Assembly: GCA_963727625.1 (NCBI GenBank)
Contig: CAVSHR010000011.1
Span: forward strand, 64,001-128,000
Direction of reading: 5' to 3'
DNA length: 64,000 bases
Origin: an uncultured delta proteobacterium
GTDB lineage: Bacteria > Desulfobacterota > Binatia > UBA9968
Under the pieces are notes generated by a model. The model saw only the letters and a list, made by a program, of their open reading frames with translations. It was not told the DNA's origin and ran no database searches. Shown one piece after another: positions 60,191-64,000 of this stretch; position 1 is the first letter of the stretch, and each line of letters starts with the position of its first letter. The position numbers were made by a program, and so were the translations under genes.

Positions 60191-61273
60191 ATGGAGAATG
60201 TAATCTACTCAATCGCGGCAGCGGTTGTCGGACTCGGCTTGTTGATTGTGTTTCATGAGTTTGGTCATTTTTTGTTCGCCAAGCTTTCGGGCGTCGGCGT
60301 GCTGACCTTTTCCATCGGCTTCGGGCCAAAACTTTGGGTCAAGAAAAAAGGGGAAACCGAGTATGCCCTAAGCGCTTTTCCGCTCGGCGGTTATGTCAAA
60401 ATGATCGGCGAGGATCCGGACGAAGAAGTCCAGCCAATCGACGTTGAGAGATCCTTTGCCCACAAAAGTCTGGCGAAGCGCATCGCGATCGTGATCGCCG
60501 GACCGGGATTCAATTTGCTGCTGGCGTTTTTTTTATTGATGGCGGTTTTTACCTTTTACGGCGTGCCGGTGATGTCAACGCAAGTGAGCGGCGTGGAAAA
60601 AGGCTCGCCGGCGGAACGCGCCGGAATCACGAAGGGCGATGACATCGTTGCTATCGACGGCATTCCGGTAAAGGGATGGGAGGATCTCTCCAAGCGCATC
60701 AAGGGCAGCGGCGGAAAAACTTTAGCGATCCAATTGCGTCGTGGTGAAGAGACGATCGAACTCACAGTCCAGCCGATGAAAAAGGAAGGTCGAACGATTT
60801 TCGGGGAAACCAAGGACGACTGGATTATCGGTATCGGCAGCCAGGTTTCCATCGAAAAAGGCAACCCGGGTTTAGCCGTGGTGCGTGCCTTCTACCAAAC
60901 CTACGAGTACGCCAAGATCACGCTCATAGCGTTTTATAAGATGATTCTCGGCGATGTGTCGCCACGCAACATCGGCGGCCCGATTTTAATCGCGCAGATG
61001 GCCGGGCAACAGGCCCAGGAGGGTCTCGGCAGTTTTCTCGCTTTTCTGGCGGTGTTGAGCATCAACCTCGGTGTGCTCAATTTACTGCCGGTTCCTGTGC
61101 TCGACGGTGGCCATTTGCTGTTCTTCTTGGTCGAGGCGGTGATTCGCAAGCCGGTCGCCGTTAAATATCGTGAAATGGCCCAGCAGCTGGGAATCTGTCT
61201 TCTCGCGCTTCTTATGGTTTATGCCTTTTACAACGACATCGTGAGATTTTTTGAGAAGCAGGTCGGGGGATGA
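60191..61273 (+). CDS. rseP: RIP metalloprotease RseP
   Basis: HEFGH, PDZ, NLLPVPVLDGG. Confidence 0.95.
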   Translation: MENVIYSIAAAVVGLGLLIVFHEFGHFLFAKLSGVGVLTFSIGFGPKLWVKKKGETEYALSAFPLGGYVKMIGEDPDEEVQPIDVERSFAHKSLAKRIAIVIAGPGFNLLLAFFLLMAVFTFYGVPVMSTQVSGVEKGSPAERAGITKGDDIVAIDGIPVKGWEDLSKRIKGSGGKTLAIQLRRGEETIELTVQPMKKEGRTIFGETKDDWIIGIGSQVSIEKGNPGLAVVRAFYQTYEYAKITLIAFYKMILGDVSPRNIGGPILIAQMAGQQAQEGLGSFLAFLAVLSINLGVLNLLPVPVLDGGHLLFFLVEAVIRKPVAVKYREMAQQLGICLLALLMVYAFYNDIVRFFEKQVGG

Positions 61274-62019
61274 AAATTCTCGGTATCGATACCGCGATAC
61301 CTACGGCGAGCGTTGCCTTAATCGAAAATGGCGATTTGGTCGTTGAAGCGAGTCAAGCCGAGCCAAGACGGCGATCCGAAATTCATACCGGCGGACAAGC
61401 GATCGGCAATCACGCCGAAATTCTCCTGCCACTTATCCAATCAATTCTCGAGAAGGCGCAAATAACCGTCAAAGATCTTTCGGGTATTTCGCTGTGTATC
61501 GGGCCGGGTTCGTTTACCGGCCTGCGCATCGGGTTGGCGACGGCAAAGGGTCTGGCTTACGACGCCGGCTTGCCACTCGTTGGCATTTCTACCTTGCAGG
61601 CAAACGCGGCTCGGATAAACGACTTCGACGGCGTCATCGGCGCTTTGCTCGACGCCCGCAAAAGCGAAGTTTATATCGCGCTCTTTCGCCGTAACGGCGC
61701 AGCGCTGACGCGTTTAACGGCGGACGCGGTGCTTTCGATTCAATCGGCAATCGAGCTCGTACAAAGTTTCCATGACGACCGGGCTTCCCCCCTTCTGCTG
61801 ATCGGCGATGGCGCGAAGGCGTACGAGCGGCCTTTGCGCGCTGCGCTGGCAGATTGGACATACATATCCACCAGAGCAGGCTATGCATCGGTGGCATCAC
61901 AGGTAGCGATGCTCGCGGCCCCTCGATTCGCGGCTGCTTCATTCGACGATATCGGCACTCTGGCCCCGGTCTATTTGCGTTTGTCAGCGGCCGAAACCAA
62001 AAGTAAAATTTTGCCGTAA
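61270..62019 (+). CDS. tsaB: tRNA t6A biosynthesis protein TsaB
   Basis: ILGIDT, GPGSFTGLRIG, DARKSEVY, PVYLR. Confidence 0.93.
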   Translation: MKILGIDTAIPTASVALIENGDLVVEASQAEPRRRSEIHTGGQAIGNHAEILLPLIQSILEKAQITVKDLSGISLCIGPGSFTGLRIGLATAKGLAYDAGLPLVGISTLQANAARINDFDGVIGALLDARKSEVYIALFRRNGAALTRLTADAVLSIQSAIELVQSFHDDRASPLLLIGDGAKAYERPLRAALADWTYISTRAGYASVASQVAMLAAPRFAAASFDDIGTLAPVYLRLSAAETKSKILP

Positions 62020-62048
62020 CGTATTGAATACATGTAGGGAAGTGTGAA

Positions 62049-62077
62049 TTGACAAAGCCCTGACCGTACGCTACATT
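62049..62077 (+). promoter_or_regulatory. sigma70 promoter upstream of DUF465-ilvB
   Basis: TTGACA-N17-TACATT. Confidence 0.65.
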
Positions 62078-62121
62078 TGAGTCCCGCGCGAAAATGAATA
62101 AATCAAAAAGGAGGCTGCCGG

Positions 62122-62361
62122 ATGGAATTGAAGGATGAACAGACGATCGTCTCCCTTATCGATAAGGATACAGAGTTAAAAAAAATTTACGACGAACATA
62201 GAGAATTCGAAAAACAACTGGCGGAATTCCAGCATAAGCACCATCTCTCGCCGGAAGAAGAAATCGAGATGAAAAAAATCCAGAAGCTCAAGCTCGCCGG
62301 TAAGGATCGTATGATGGAAATTCTGGAGAAATATCGGCAATCGGGGGCTGTTGCTCTGTAG
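62122..62361 (+). CDS. DUF465/YdcH family protein
   Basis: EH..FE..L ... KLKLAGKD.M coiled coil; AGGAGG RBS. Confidence 0.8.
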   Translation: MELKDEQTIVSLIDKDTELKKIYDEHREFEKQLAEFQHKHHLSPEEEIEMKKIQKLKLAGKDRMMEILEKYRQSGAVAL

Positions 62362-62373
62362 GGAGTTTGATTC

Positions 62374-64000
62374 ATGAAAGTAACCGGGGCTGAAATATTT
62401 TGCGAATCCTTGAGACAGGAGGGGGTCAAGACGGTTTTTGGTTTGCCCGGCGGCGTGGTGCTTAAGATCTTCGATGTGCTGTGCCAGCGGAAAGATATTG
62501 ATTTGGTGCTCACGCGCCACGAGCAGGGCGCCGCGCATATGGCCGAGGGTTATGCCAAAGCCACTGGCAAGGCGGGAGTCGTGTTGGTGACGTCGGGCCC
62601 GGGCATGACCAACATCGTCACAGGATTGGCCGACGCGTATATGGATTCAGTTCCGCTGGTCGCTTTTACCGGTCAAGTGTCCACTGATTTGATCGGCAAT
62701 GACGCATTCCAAGAAGCTGATAATGTCGGTATCAGTCGGCCCTGCACGAAGCACAACGTGCTGGTGAAAGACGTCAACGATCTGGCGCAAACGATCAAGG
62801 AAGCATTTTATATCGCGACCTCGGGCAGACCGGGTCCGGTGTTGGTCGATATTCCTAAAGACGTGAGCACGGCGAAAGCCGAATTCAAATATCCCGAGAA
62901 GGTCAACCTGCGCGGTTACAGTCCGAGCGTGACGGGCAGCAAACAACAAATTAAACAAGCCGCCGATGAAATCATGAAGGCTAAAAAGCCGGTGATCTAC
63001 GTCGGTGGCGGCGCGGTTTTTTCCGATGCCGCCGATGAGATTCGTGAGCTGGCCGAAATTACTCAAATTCCGGTGACGATGACGCTCATGGGCTTGGGGA
63101 GTTTTCCCGGAACCCATCTGCTGTCGCTCGGCATGCTGGGTATGCACGGCGCCTATTGGACGAACATGGCGATGCACTATTCCGATCTGCTGATCGCGGT
63201 GGGTGCTCGCTTCGACGACCGTGTGACTGGCAAACTTTCGGAGTTTTGTCCGGAAGCCCGTGTCGTGCATATCGACATTGATCCGACGTCGATCAAGAAA
63301 ACCTTTCATGCCCATATCCCTATCGTCGGCGACGTGAAAACCGTGTTACGCCAGCTCAACGTCATTCTCAAATCGATGGACGGCAACCCGGCACAGGTCA
63401 AGGCCCTGCGAGCACCTTGGATCGAGCAAATCGACGAATGGAAGAAATCGCACCCGCTAAGCTATAAACAGGATGACAAGATCATCAAGCCGCAATACGT
63501 CATCGAAAAACTTTACGAGTTGACCAAGCATGAGGCGATCGTTGCGACCGACGTTGGACAGCATCAGATGTTCGCGGCGCAGTATTTCAAGGGAAACAAG
63601 CCGCGGACTTGGTTGACTTCGGGCGGCTTGGGGACAATGGGATTCGGCTTCCCGGCAGCCATCGGTGCGCAGGTCGCATATCCCGATCGACAGGTGGTTT
63701 GCATCACCAGCGAAGGCAGCTTCCAGATGAACTTGCAGGAGCTGGTTGTCGCCGCCGAACGTAAACTTGCGGTGAAAATCGTTTTGCTCAACAACGGCGT
63801 GCATGGCATGGTGCGCCAGTGGCAAGATCTTTTTTATGAGGGCCGATATTCCGCGAGCCTTTTGGGAAAAATGCCGGACTTTGTGAAGCTCGCCGGCGCC
63901 TATGGTATCATGGGATTGCGTGCGCTCAAGCCGAGCGAAGTGGAACCGGTGTTGAAAGAAGGCTTAAAGCACAAAGGGCCGGTGCTGATGGACATTCACA
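62374..64000 (+). CDS. ilvB: acetolactate synthase large subunit (3' end off window)
   Basis: Manual translation MKVTGAEIFCESL...FGLPGG...RHEQGAAHMAEGYA...TSGPG...TDVGQHQM...SGGLGTMGFG; absent from the ORF track because there is no stop in the window. Confidence 0.95.
   Translation, partial: MKVTGAEIFCESLRQEGVKTVFGLPGGVVLKIFDVLCQRKDIDLVLTRHEQGAAHMAEGYAKATGKAGVVLVTSGPGMTNIVTGLADAYMDSVPLVAFTGQVSTDLIGNDAFQEADNVGISRPCTKHNVLVKDVNDLAQTIKEAFYIATSGRPGPVLVDIPKDVSTAKAEFKYPEKVNLRGYSPSVTGSKQQIKQAADEIMKAKKPVIYVGGGAVFSDAADEIRELAEITQIPVTMTLMGLGSFPGTHLLSLGMLGMHGAYWTNMAMHYSDLLIAVGARFDDRVTGKLSEFCPEARVVHIDIDPTSIKKTFHAHIPIVGDVKTVLRQLNVILKSMDGNPAQVKALRAPWIEQIDEWKKSHPLSYKQDDKIIKPQYVIEKLYELTKHEAIVATDVGQHQMFAAQYFKGNKPRTWLTSGGLGTMGFGFPAAIGAQVAYPDRQVVCITSEGSFQMNLQELVVAAERKLAVKIVLLNNGVHGMVRQWQDLFYEGRYSASLLGKMPDFVKLAGAYGIMGLRALKPSEVEPVLKEGLKHKGPVLMDIH

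Overview
High-GC bacterial chromosomal window, probably a Deltaproteobacteria-like lineage such as Candidatus Binatia. This is inferred only from gene content: many Amidohydro_2 and NMT1-type substrate-binding paralogs and the tol-pal/rpsB-tsf-pyrH-frr-uppS-cdsA-dxr-rseP-tsaB-ilvB layout. The right third (43-64 kb) is core housekeeping DNA and the left two-thirds are accessory. (1) At 0.4-5.9 kb is a decaying cluster of integron-type cassettes (attC-like sites, no intI) carrying HEPN-like/DUF genes, beside a hicBA pair. (2) At 6.5-17.3 kb is a catabolic locus with a TPP enzyme, three amidohydrolases, a cupin and an ABC binding protein. It also has two tandem two-gene modules, each a UGA-recoded UGSC (U-G-S-C) selenoprotein that the ORF track splits in two plus a ~350-aa 'DGLP(V/I)xPPT' partner. 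Both UGA codons are followed after 11 nt by an identical SECIS-like hairpin, and the proteins resemble the Sec-bearing C-terminal domain of GrdB/PrdB. This is the best candidate for an undescribed system. (3) The rest holds c-di-GMP genes with sigma54-like promoters, a hydroxycinnamoyl-CoA hydratase-lyase/CoA-transferase cluster, a UbiD carboxy-lyase, MgtE genes, several pseudogenes, and REP/MITE-like repeats. All family calls come from motif recognition, not database searches.
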